This document shows positions 15,660-24,393 of a stretch of DNA of 29,870 nt, piece by piece. A program made the position numbers and the translations under genes. How positions within the stretch are numbered: the stretch's first letter is position 1; every line of letters starts with the position of its first letter. Source of the stretch: a virus (lineage: Duplodnaviria > Heunggongvirae > Uroviricota > Caudoviricetes); IMG/VR virus record IMGVR_UViG_2703718835_000002, positions 1 through 29,870 of that record; one strand, 5' to 3'. Under the pieces are notes generated by a model that worked only from the letters and a program-made list of their open reading frames with translations, did no database searches and had not been told where the DNA came from.

Positions 15660-18074
15660 TTAATACAGGTTTCGCCACTTATCATCTTCCTGCAAACGCT
15701 GGTTCCGATAGAAGATACGCAGGCCTGCTCCTGACGGAATACTGCCGCCGCGAAGGAGTAAATCGACCTCTTTCTCGCTACCATCAAACCCTCTGGACTT
15801 CAGCTCATACACGAGCTGCTGTCGCTGATGGTCTGTAATTCGCTGTTTGTAGTCTTTACGCCGTTTCGGTTTAACCAGGTGTAACCTTGCTGCCAGTTCC
15901 CGGCGTTCTTTTTTGCTCATACTGTGCAGGTAATCGTGCAACTCCTTGTCATCCATGCGGGTGATATCCGTTCTGGTATCCCCATCAGCTGATTTGTCTT
16001 TCCCTTGTTGGTTCAAATTTTCAGCAAGGGGACAGTTATTGCCACGAGTCCAAGGGGCGCAAGCGCCCTGGTCGGCTGCCGCCTCCTGAACGTCAACGGC
16101 CTTACGAACCATTTTCCACTTCACGGCATGAGTGCAGATCTTGCCCTCTGCAATAGGTGACCAGATGCCATAAATACGAATGCCGTGATCGCCATAGGCG
16201 GTCGGCTCTTCGTTGATTTCATAAGCAGTTCTGATGAGGTGATATTTACGGGGAACCAGTACGCCGCCCTGCTTCATGATGTAGGTGGCAAAACAACCAG
16301 CATCAGCAGCAGCCAGGATTGCATCAAGCCGCGGGTTATCCAGTACCGGCGCACCTGCTTTTTTGTCACCCTGTTGCCTTGCCGCCTGACCAGCCAGCAA
16401 TCGCAGTTCACGGTAAGCCTGACGCCCCGGAATGCCAAAGAAGCGGAATTGCTGAACACGATGCAGAGACGCCCAGGCATTCACGTATTCAGCGTTATCA
16501 CGCAGGGATTTACCCGTTTCCTTGCTGATCTCGCCAGCCAGACCACGCCCGTCAATGTTCTTACTGATATATTTCGCGATGTAGCTTGTCGGCGTTCCTT
16601 TGCGCGGGTTAATCAACTCAGACTTAAAGCGTGGTCCCGTGTTATTCCCCAGCTCCTCGCGGTCTTCACGAATGGCAAACTTACGCAACAAAGCAGTAAT
16701 GGCGCGGCGATCTTTTTTGCGCATAAAACACAACAGGTGCCAGTGAACTGTACCGTCATGATGCGGCTCAGCCACCCGCACGCCATACCAGCGCAATCCG
16801 GCTTTGTGCATCGCCTTACGAAATGCAGCAAACATGCCAACCAGATAATCACTGCTTTGTCTTACCGTCGCATTTGTCCAGGTCGGGTTGGGCCTGCCGT
16901 TATTTAGCGTGGAATGGAAACGTGACGGACAGGTGATGGTGTAGAAAACGGCGCAGTCACCGCGCATTTCCGCGATAAGCTCCAGGCCTTTAACACAGGC
17001 CATCATCTCATTGCGGCGATGCGCAGGGTTGCTGCTGCTGGCGTTTACCACATCCTCCATGTCCAGCGTGTCGCCGTCTTCGTTCACCAGTTCATGAGAA
17101 CGGAAAAACTCCAGCGACTTACGGCGCTGCTCACGTTTATGCATCACGGCTTCATAGCTGACATAGGGAGATGCTTTTTTGCTGACCAGACAGACAGCAC
17201 GCAACTGCTCTTCCCGCCATTCGCAACGCATCTTCCATAATTTCCGATACCACCAGTCGGCGCACAGCATACGCGCCAGCGAACCCGGAATGAGTTCATA
17301 GGGCACAGGTTTGCGGCGGTTTCTTTTCCGGCGGAGTTGCTCAAACGCAGGCGGTATGACATCCAGTCGCAGGGTTTCTGCTGCCACCTTTTCCCATGTC
17401 TTGCGGATTTCTTCCGGCTTAACATCATCGGAGGCGTACAAATCACCACAAGCGGCATCAAGACACATGCTCATATGCGCAGCGACAAGGGTGGACAGGC
17501 GTTTCACCTGATCCTGACTCATTTCAGGCAGGATCAGCAGACCGTCCAGCCCTTCATGGCTTGCCATAAAACGAAAAGATGCAGATAGCTGGCTGTCGCG
17601 TACATGCTCCAGTCGTTCCAGGCATGGCTTAATCGTCTCACGCAAATAGCGGGAATAAGCCTTTGGCCTGCCCAGGTTGCTGAAGTATTTAATACGTTGC
17701 ATCAGCGGCTTGCTGATATGGGAAGGCTGGGCGTTGACATCCGCCAGAATGACCATGTCTGGATTAAAACGCTGCTGCTCATGCGCCAGCTTTGCCCGGC
17801 TAATTAGCTTATCCTGCTCCATTTCGCGCTGGACAGGATCACGGGATTCATTAAAGAAATAACGCTCCCAGACCTGATCACTCAGTGCCTCGCGGCGCAG
17901 TTGTTCCTGCTCGTTATCGGCAGCGTACAGAGTGATCAGGTTTGAAAGCGCAGAAACCGGCGCAACTTCCGCCGGGTCCAGATAAGGGTTAATGGCCTTT
18001 TTCGGGCTGTTCCATGAGAATGCTGCGGCAGCCTCGTTAAAGCCGCAGCAGTTGTTCATATCGGCATGACTCAT
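15660..18074 (-). CDS. A: Rolling-circle replication initiator / endonuclease (P2 gpA, 186 RepA family)
   Basis: 804 aa; contains ..[11 protein letters not shown].. (HUH-like) and ..[14 protein letters not shown].. (catalytic Tyr region) typical of the P2 A family. Confidence 0.9.
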   Translation of the reverse strand: MSHADMNNCCGFNEAAAAFSWNSPKKAINPYLDPAEVAPVSALSNLITLYAADNEQEQLRREALSDQVWERYFFNESRDPVQREMEQDKLISRAKLAHEQQRFNPDMVILADVNAQPSHISKPLMQRIKYFSNLGRPKAYSRYLRETIKPCLERLEHVRDSQLSASFRFMASHEGLDGLLILPEMSQDQVKRLSTLVAAHMSMCLDAACGDLYASDDVKPEEIRKTWEKVAAETLRLDVIPPAFEQLRRKRNRRKPVPYELIPGSLARMLCADWWYRKLWKMRCEWREEQLRAVCLVSKKASPYVSYEAVMHKREQRRKSLEFFRSHELVNEDGDTLDMEDVVNASSSNPAHRRNEMMACVKGLELIAEMRGDCAVFYTITCPSRFHSTLNNGRPNPTWTNATVRQSSDYLVGMFAAFRKAMHKAGLRWYGVRVAEPHHDGTVHWHLLCFMRKKDRRAITALLRKFAIREDREELGNNTGPRFKSELINPRKGTPTSYIAKYISKNIDGRGLAGEISKETGKSLRDNAEYVNAWASLHRVQQFRFFGIPGRQAYRELRLLAGQAARQQGDKKAGAPVLDNPRLDAILAAADAGCFATYIMKQGGVLVPRKYHLIRTAYEINEEPTAYGDHGIRIYGIWSPIAEGKICTHAVKWKMVRKAVDVQEAAADQGACAPWTRGNNCPLAENLNQQGKDKSADGDTRTDITRMDDKELHDYLHSMSKKERRELAARLHLVKPKRRKDYKQRITDHQRQQLVYELKSRGFDGSEKEVDLLLRGGSIPSGAGLRIFYRNQRLQEDDKWRNLY

Positions 18075-18928
18075 GCACGTACTCCGTACACGGCAGAACT
18101 GTCCACGCCACGCGAATAATCAAATCCCACCCAGCAGCGCGGCCCGGAAACAGCAATGATTTCTGTTGCTGATTTACCCTCGCCAGCTGCCACACCGATG
18201 TTGCGTTTTGCCTTGATGTAGTGGTGAGTAAAATTGCGATACAGCGAACGGATCAGGGATGTGTCACTGTTAGAAACAATGACCGGATGTCCTTCTGATG
18301 ACCGATGTTCAAGAACGGATGCCAGGTGATACTGGTCATCTTCAGTGAAGCCGTCAGTGTGATAACCGGAAAACGTGCCGTCATACGGCGGATCGCAATA
18401 CACCACATCCCCCGCCTTCAACATCGCCAGCGTTTCATCAAAGCTGGCGCAGATAAACGTTGCCCGCTGGGCTTTTTCTGCAAATGCGCGAATTTCTTTT
18501 TCAGGGAAATACGGATTTTTATAATTACCGTAGGGAATGTTGAAATGCCCGCTCTTGTTATAGCGACATAAACCACGGTAACCGTGACGATTGAGATACA
18601 GGAAATATACCGCTTTCATGAAATCAGTAATTTCAGTAGAGTAATTAAACTCCTGCCTTATGTTGTAATAAGCCACCTCCCTGTTTGCGATCTCAAATAA
18701 AACTCTGGCGCGAGATATAAACGATTCACAATCAGCGGCAACCTTTTTATAGAGGTTGATTAAATCAGGATTAATATCCGCAACCAGATAGCTGGGGTAA
18801 TCCGTCTCCATCATCACAGCACAGGAACCCGCGAAAGGTTCAACCAGTCGCGGGCCAGCAGGAAGGTGTTTTTTCAGTTCGGACATAATGGCGGTTTTAT
18901 TTCCCGCCCATTTCAGGATGGTGCTCAT
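18071..18928 (-). CDS. dam: DNA adenine N6-methyltransferase (Dam-like)
   Basis: Start taken at [11 protein letters not shown] with SD GGAGGTG; motif I ..FAGSCAV.. and motif IV DPPY; start and stop overlap neighbours by ATGA. Confidence 0.9.
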   Translation of the reverse strand: MSTILKWAGNKTAIMSELKKHLPAGPRLVEPFAGSCAVMMETDYPSYLVADINPDLINLYKKVAADCESFISRARVLFEIANREVAYYNIRQEFNYSTEITDFMKAVYFLYLNRHGYRGLCRYNKSGHFNIPYGNYKNPYFPEKEIRAFAEKAQRATFICASFDETLAMLKAGDVVYCDPPYDGTFSGYHTDGFTEDDQYHLASVLEHRSSEGHPVIVSNSDTSLIRSLYRNFTHHYIKAKRNIGVAAGEGKSATEIIAVSGPRCWVGFDYSRGVDSSAVYGVRA

Positions 18929-19152
18929 ACAGCACCTCCGTTGTAATGTTTGCCTTTCAGCTCTGCGATTTCCTGACAGGTAATGCAAAGCTGCACACCT
19001 GGAATGGCGCGGCGGCGTGCTGGCGGAATTGGCGCTTCACACTCAATGCAAAGCACGCGGGACACGCCCGGCGTTTTGGCACGGGCAGCACGGATATGGC
19101 GCTGGCGTTCTTCTTCAACGCGCTGCTGTACAAGATCCATTGCATCAGCCAT
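18925..19152 (-). CDS. TraR/DksA-family C4 zinc-finger protein
   Basis: 75 aa with CIEC-x17-CITC (Cys4) and an N-terminal helix. Confidence 0.75.
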   Translation of the reverse strand: MADAMDLVQQRVEEERQRHIRAARAKTPGVSRVLCIECEAPIPPARRRAIPGVQLCITCQEIAELKGKHYNGGAV

Positions 19153-19391
19153 TAGTGGATCTCCTGCGCTTCGTTCTGGATTGCTTCAGCAGTTACACGC
19201 AGTAGTTCTGCTGCTTCGACGTGGTTTAGCTGGCGGGATGTGATATGACACGCCAGGCTATCAAGGCGAGCTGCCATTGCTTCAGCCCTTGCCCGGCGTT
19301 CTTCCAGACGAGCCTCTGTCAGTAAAATATTAAGCCCTGCATCATCCGGTCCGGTTTTAGTCGTGAGGGTTTCAATATTACGCATAATCAA
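19152..19391 (-). CDS. Hypothetical early protein (79 aa)
   Basis: ORF whose stop overlaps the TraR-like start; no motif recognised. Confidence 0.5.
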   Translation of the reverse strand: MIMRNIETLTTKTGPDDAGLNILLTEARLEERRARAEAMAARLDSLACHITSRQLNHVEAAELLRVTAEAIQNEAQEIH

Positions 19392-19452
19392 TTCTCCTGA
19401 ATTTAGATAAAGGGATACCCGGCGGGTTTACGCCATTAATTTCATTAGTTGG

Positions 19453-19794
19453 TTAATTCGGCATGGTTAGCCGTCTTGGAAATAAGCTCACCACTGCACG
19501 AAAATGATTCATTGCTTTAATCAACTCCCGCTTTTCGTCAGTGGTCAGCTCATTAATGCTGATGCTATGACGTTCAGCTGGAATTTTTGCCATAAAGAAT
19601 ATAGCAGCCAGTGCCCGTTTATTTTGTTCGTTATTGATATCCCGTGGATCACGCATATCTTTAATAAACCGCTCAAGCTCTGACTCAATATTCAGGCCAA
19701 ATACTTTCGCCCTTAACTCCGCAATATGGTTAAGTCCATTCAGGCGTTCACCGGGGCTTAATGGAACAGTCGCCGCAGCGCCTTCAATAGCCAT
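19453..19794 (-). CDS. Hypothetical early protein (113 aa)
   Basis: ORF in the early leftward operon; start codon uncertain (overlaps the upstream ORF by 37 nt). Confidence 0.5.
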   Translation of the reverse strand: MAIEGAAATVPLSPGERLNGLNHIAELRAKVFGLNIESELERFIKDMRDPRDINNEQNKRALAAIFFMAKIPAERHSISINELTTDEKRELIKAMNHFRAVVSLFPRRLTMPN

Positions 19795-19958
19795 TTGTTC
19801 CCCCGTTTTTTCGTAGATAGTTCTGCCAGCAATTCATCTTGTGAACGGCACGGATGCCAGCGTTTACCATCCTCCCCCATGATCCAGCCGTGACCGTAGT
19901 GCATTGCCGGGCTTTGTTTTACCAGCAGCGATGCAAATGATGGTTCTTTCGTCAGCAT
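19758..19958 (-). CDS. Hypothetical small early protein (Fil-like position of 186)
   Basis: Start taken at MLTKEPSF with SD GAGGTG; positional analogy only. Confidence 0.4.
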   Translation of the reverse strand: MLTKEPSFASLLVKQSPAMHYGHGWIMGEDGKRWHPCRSQDELLAELSTKKRGNKWLLKALRRLFH

Positions 19959-19965
19959 AAGCACC

Positions 19966-20475
19966 TCACAGCAAACCGAATGACGCACCGAGGCCAGTTA
20001 CAGTATCAACTGCACTTGCCATCGCAGGATTAGCCTGTAAACGGGCCTGCAATGAAACAGCCGCCAGCGCCATCAGTCGTGTTACAGAGTTAATGCTGCT
20101 GATAGCATCACGACGACCTGCACTGGTTTTTACATCGCCAGATACCGCACCTGCAGCAACACGCCCGATCTCTGCAGTTGCACTCATGACGTAATGCGGC
20201 AGTTTCTCTTTTGCCACCTCATTAATCGGAACACATGGCAGACAATGAATCTGTGCCAGAAAACCGTCTACCAACGTTGAATCTTCAGTCAGATCGGTAA
20301 GCAACCAGATTTCTGGTGCGGTGAGCTGATGCGGTTGATCTGGATTGAGTTTGTTTCGCAGTGTCTGAACATTCATTCCTGCACGTTCTGCCAGCTTTGC
20401 CATATTGTGACGTAGTGCAAAAGCTCTACAGGCTTCATCAAAATGCGGATGTTTGGAAATCTTGTAATCAAACAT
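19966..20475 (-). CDS. cII: CII-like lysogeny establishment regulator (186-type)
   Basis: 169 aa, second gene of the lytic operon after apl; 186-type length and position, central HTH-like ..NVQTLRNKLNPDQ.. Confidence 0.7.
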   Translation of the reverse strand: MFDYKISKHPHFDEACRAFALRHNMAKLAERAGMNVQTLRNKLNPDQPHQLTAPEIWLLTDLTEDSTLVDGFLAQIHCLPCVPINEVAKEKLPHYVMSATAEIGRVAAGAVSGDVKTSAGRRDAISSINSVTRLMALAAVSLQARLQANPAMASAVDTVTGLGASFGLL

Positions 20476-20507
20476 GCTGCCCCCTTAGAAAGTTCTCATA
20501 ATTGAAC

Positions 20508-20756
20508 TTAGTCACCAACGATGACATTAAAGTTGAAATTGGATTGGCCCATGTTTTTCCTGACTTGTTCCTTTTTGTACTCAAGGTAACGTATACATAC
20601 TCTGTCTTTCGGTTTTTCTTTTCTTTCCAAGAATTTAGCGAGTTTACCATTATGAATCATTTGATATACCGAACCGCGAGAGCGGCCTTCCCATTCCGCG
20701 AACTCAGCTGGTGTCGCCATCACTTTTGGTACACGAATTGAAATGTCGTTGCTCAT
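20508..20756 (-). CDS. apl: Apl/Cox-type excisionase and repressor of the lysogenic promoter
   Basis: 82 aa, first gene divergent from cI; small basic DNA-binding-like protein. Confidence 0.7.
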   Translation of the reverse strand: MSNDISIRVPKVMATPAEFAEWEGRSRGSVYQMIHNGKLAKFLERKEKPKDRVCIRYLEYKKEQVRKNMGQSNFNFNVIVGD

Positions 20757-20815
20757 AGTGCAGTATCTCTCGATTAAGGTTTGGTTTACGTCGTTTTATC
20801 TTGTTTTATTTGATT

Positions 20816-20858
20816 CAATATTTGATACACCAAGATACTACGATCCAATATTTGATAC
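20816..20858. promoter_or_regulatory. Switch-region operator candidates: 13-bp direct repeat CAATATTTGATAC x2, 30 bp apart
   Basis: Perfect repeats at 20816-20828 and 20846-20858 in the 119-bp apl/cI intergenic region; each contains a TTGATA -35-like hexamer. Confidence 0.45.
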
Positions 20859-20875
20859 GTCAACAGGATTAAAAA

Positions 20876-21508
20876 ATGATACAAGTAAAAGCTGGCGAGA
20901 ATACAGGGGGAAGAGAGGCTATCCATAGGCTAATGGCAGCCTATGATTTCAAGTCCAGACAGCAACTTTGCGATCACTTGGGCGCATCAAAAAGCACTAT
21001 GGCAAACAGATACTTAAGAGATAGTTTTCCTGCAGAATGGGTGATTCAGTGCGCTTTGGAAACAGGAGTTTCTTTACTGTGGCTAACTACCGGACAGGGC
21101 GATCCAGGTTCAAACATTGACCCTAAAAAAAATATCAATTCCGTGAACTCTAGCAAAGTTAAACCTCTTTCGGAGCTTGTATCTCCTGAAATTGACAAGG
21201 CAACTCTCAACGGAGGTTTGCTGATCGATGCTGGAAAAGCAATCATTGATAGCAGCATACTCCCCTCAGACTCAAGCAACCTGCTGCTGGTGACTACTTC
21301 TGGTGATTCTTATTTAATAGATCGCAACCAAACACCACCAGTAAATGGTACGTGGTTAGTGGACATCGACGGGATAAAAAGCATTGTAAAATTGACACGA
21401 CTCCCGGGAAACAGATTAGTAGTGCATCAGGATGATTCATCGTTTGAGTGCGAACTGGATGACATTGAGGTAATAGGCCGCGCACTGAAAATCATTAAGA
21501 GCCTTTGA
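20876..21508 (+). CDS. cI: CI immunity repressor (186-type)
   Basis: 210 aa; N-terminal HTH-like region (..QQLCDHLGASKSTMANRYL..) plus a C-terminal domain; immediately upstream of int. Confidence 0.85.
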   Translation: MIQVKAGENTGGREAIHRLMAAYDFKSRQQLCDHLGASKSTMANRYLRDSFPAEWVIQCALETGVSLLWLTTGQGDPGSNIDPKKNINSVNSSKVKPLSELVSPEIDKATLNGGLLIDAGKAIIDSSILPSDSSNLLLVTTSGDSYLIDRNQTPPVNGTWLVDIDGIKSIVKLTRLPGNRLVVHQDDSSFECELDDIEVIGRALKIIKSL

Positions 21509-21509
21509 T

Positions 21510-22523
21510 ATGACCATCAGAAAACAGCCGAACGGAAAGTGGTTATGTGAATGCTACCCAAACGGGCGAGATGGCAAACGCGTACGCAAACAATTTGCGA
21601 CGAAAGGCGAAGCCATTGCGTTTGAGAATTTCACCATGGACGAGGTAAACAAGAAACCTTGGCTGGGAGAAAAGGAAGATCGGCGACACCTATCAGAATT
21701 AATTGAGCTGTGGTATTCCCTGTATGGTCAAACACTCGCAGACCCCAAGCGACTCATGGCGAAACTTGGAATTATCTGTAATGGTCTGGGCGATCCCATC
21801 GCTTCAGAGCTGACTGCCGGTGACTTTACGAAATACCGCGAAGCAAGGCTAAAAGGTGAAGTGCGAAATGAAGATGGCACGCTGATGTCGCCCGTTAAGC
21901 CCCGCACGGTAAACCTTGAACAGCGCAATCTATCATCTGTGTTCGGTACATTAAAAAAACTAGGACACTGGTCAGCACCAAACCCGCTGGCAGGACTTCC
22001 GACCTTTAAAATTGCCGAAGGTGAGCTGGCTTTTCTTTCCACGGACGAAATCAAGCGCCTGTTGGCGGCATGTGCTGAATCTCAAAGCCCTAGCTTACTA
22101 ATGATTGCAAAAATATGCCTGGCTACTGGCGCACGGTGGAGTGAAGCCGAAAATCTGCAGGGCCATCAAATATCGAAATACCGAATTACTTATACAAAAA
22201 CAAAAGGCAAGAAAAACCGTACTGTGCCGATATCTCAGGATCTGTATGATGAACTCCCCAAAAACAGAGGAAAGTTATTCACGCCATGCAGAAAAGCCTT
22301 TGAGCGGGCAGTAAAGCGGGCCGGTATTGACCTACCGGAGGGCCAATGCACCCACGTGCTTCGCCATACATTCGCCAGTCACTTTATGATGAACGGCGGA
22401 AACATACTGGTACTGCGTGATATTTTGGGTCATGCCGATATAAAAATGACCATGATTTACGCCCACTTTTCGCCCGATCACCTTGAAGACGCGGTGACTA
22501 AAAATCCTCTTTATAATTTGTAG
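21510..22523 (+). CDS. int: Tyrosine integrase (P2/186 family)
   Basis: 337 aa; C-terminal ..HVLRHTFASHFMMNGGNILVLRDILGHADIKMTMIYAHF.. contains the R..H-x-x-R...Y catalytic signature. Confidence 0.95.
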   Translation: MTIRKQPNGKWLCECYPNGRDGKRVRKQFATKGEAIAFENFTMDEVNKKPWLGEKEDRRHLSELIELWYSLYGQTLADPKRLMAKLGIICNGLGDPIASELTAGDFTKYREARLKGEVRNEDGTLMSPVKPRTVNLEQRNLSSVFGTLKKLGHWSAPNPLAGLPTFKIAEGELAFLSTDEIKRLLAACAESQSPSLLMIAKICLATGARWSEAENLQGHQISKYRITYTKTKGKKNRTVPISQDLYDELPKNRGKLFTPCRKAFERAVKRAGIDLPEGQCTHVLRHTFASHFMMNGGNILVLRDILGHADIKMTMIYAHFSPDHLEDAVTKNPLYNL

Positions 22524-22535
22524 TGGAGACCTATT

Positions 22536-24056
22536 GTGATTCAAAAATTAGATATTCAATCTGATGCGGTTGCAAAGTTAAGAATGGATGCTATTCGTTC
22601 AGAAATCCAAGGTTATTCCCCTGATTTATTTATCGAATTCTGTATGCAATATAACTTACAAAAATTTGAAGATAATATCCACATGTTACGACACATGCCT
22701 TGGATTGTTAATTTATGTCTAAAGTGGTCTGCGTCAGTAACTGGCAAGAATAAAAAATTCAAAATCCTCGATAAAAATCAATCAATAAAACTCTTCCAAA
22801 AAACTTATGAAACCTTGAACATTATTCCTATCGGTCTTGAGAGGAAGAATGGCATGCATTTCTTCATTAGAAATAATCTATACCAACAAGGAATCTACCA
22901 GAAAATTGACGCTCTAAACACAATTAGCAGACAAGTCTTTCTATTTTCAGAACTTGAAAAAAACCATAAAATAAAGACAAGTTTTTTTACTATCACGAAT
23001 GTATCTATCGAAGACTTTCTTAAGCTATCTTACATATTAATAACTCACATAACAGAAGAGCATCCCGTGAGAAAAATGAATGTAGATACATTTACTATAT
23101 TATTTGACATCATTCCTAGAAATACCATTGAGAAATTTCTTGATGCAATATCAATAAATTACAATGAACTATCTACATTTTGCAAATCTAAAACCTATGA
23201 TAAACCTTTGCTTGAATACTACTCATCATCACCTTTTCTTGAAAAACCATTAATAAAAAAAGGTTCAGAGTATTTTCAGATACACACACAACTGACTTCA
23301 ACAAGCATACAGACGTTCATATATGATCTTTTAAGAAGAACTGATGCCGAGAAGTTCATGGATAGCTTTGGAAATGTATTTGAAAATGCACTGGAATTAA
23401 TACTAAAAGAAAGCGAAATTGATTTTCATAACGAAAAATACCTTAAAGAACGACTACCTAAAGATAATAAAGTAGTTGATTATTTCATTCCACATACTGA
23501 GGCAAATATTTTCATTGATGCTAAAGGCGTTGAGATACACCAAAAAGGCATGGTAACATTACGCCCTGAGGATATTGCAGGAAAAATAAAGAAATCGGTA
23601 TTAAAAGCAATCGAACAATCTCACGAAGTTAATCGAGAAATATACTCTAATGAGCGAATAATAGCTCCATTCAGGGCTAACTCATATATCATTTGCATTA
23701 CATATAAAAACCTTTTCTTAGGCAATGGTAGTATCCTAGCTAATACTTATGCTAAAGATGAGATGAATAAGATATATGACAAGTTTAAACATAACTATCA
23801 TATCCCTACAGAGAATATTTTTTGTCTATCATTTGAAGAGTTTGAATATCTCATTGCATCATGCAAAAGGTTTAAAATTCCGCCTCATGAAGTCTTGCAA
23901 TCTGCAGTTGAAAAGAACAAAAAACCATCAAGTGCTGCTTTCCTATTTTCCCACCATATAGAAGACTATTTTGATAGAGTAGTCAATTCAGTCATAGTCA
24001 ATGAGGCAGGCATTAAAATGGTAGATTCTATTATCAATAAATTAAAGCCTGAATAA
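22536..24056 (+). CDS. Hypothetical 506-aa AT-rich cargo protein with a PD-(D/E)xK-like motif; candidate lysogen-expressed defence/exclusion gene
   Basis: GTG start 12 nt after the int stop with GGAG SD; composition sharply AT-rich versus the prophage backbone; residues about 283-330 read E..E...hhD(315)-x12-D(328)xK(330). Confidence 0.7.
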   Translation: MIQKLDIQSDAVAKLRMDAIRSEIQGYSPDLFIEFCMQYNLQKFEDNIHMLRHMPWIVNLCLKWSASVTGKNKKFKILDKNQSIKLFQKTYETLNIIPIGLERKNGMHFFIRNNLYQQGIYQKIDALNTISRQVFLFSELEKNHKIKTSFFTITNVSIEDFLKLSYILITHITEEHPVRKMNVDTFTILFDIIPRNTIEKFLDAISINYNELSTFCKSKTYDKPLLEYYSSSPFLEKPLIKKGSEYFQIHTQLTSTSIQTFIYDLLRRTDAEKFMDSFGNVFENALELILKESEIDFHNEKYLKERLPKDNKVVDYFIPHTEANIFIDAKGVEIHQKGMVTLRPEDIAGKIKKSVLKAIEQSHEVNREIYSNERIIAPFRANSYIICITYKNLFLGNGSILANTYAKDEMNKIYDKFKHNYHIPTENIFCLSFEEFEYLIASCKRFKIPPHEVLQSAVEKNKKPSSAAFLFSHHIEDYFDRVVNSVIVNEAGIKMVDSIINKLKPE

Positions 24057-24188
24057 GTCTCCCAAGCAAAACCAGTGGCGGCATTTTGGCGGCAGAGCAT
24101 TAAAAATGCGTAAAACAGACAAACACAAAATAATACTAACACACTGATTTTAAACATAAGTTCATGTTTTTGTTATAGTAAAAATGGT

Positions 24189-24233
24189 ATGTAGGAATTT
24201 CGGACGCGGGTTCAACTCCCGCCAGCTCCACCA
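24189..24233 (+). other. ssrA: attR core: duplicated 3'-terminal about 45 nt of the tmRNA gene ssrA ending in CCA
   Basis: ATGTAGGAATTTCGGACGCGGGTTCAACTCCCGCCAGCTCCACCA matches the ssrA 3' end (T-arm and acceptor stem) as recalled; upstream sequence is unrelated AT-rich phage DNA. Confidence 0.75.
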
Positions 24234-24362
24234 ATCATGATTGGACGGTGTAAGGACAACACCAACAAAAACAGTAAGTTAGAAGTCTCAGCAAAACACC
24301 GACCAGACGGTGAGGAGACATAAAAGGATACGCAAAGGAGCCGCGGCTCCTGGTAACATGAA

Positions 24363-24385
24363 AGCCCACAGATGTGGGCTTTTTC
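24363..24385. terminator. Bidirectional rho-independent terminator downstream of ypjA
   Basis: AGCCCACA-ga-TGTGGGCT hairpin followed by TTTTT on the plus strand; 9 nt beyond the ypjA stop. Confidence 0.55.
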
Positions 24386-24393
24386 GTTGATGG

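Noticed and set aside
16185-16907. 240-aa plus-strand ORF inside the replication gene
   Set aside because: Antisense to the conserved rolling-circle initiator; no start context and no recognisable motifs.
24189-24233. Complete tRNA or tmRNA gene
   Set aside because: Only the 3'-terminal T-arm and acceptor strand with CCA are present; upstream sequence is AT-rich phage DNA with no D-arm or anticodon arm, so this is an att-core duplicate.
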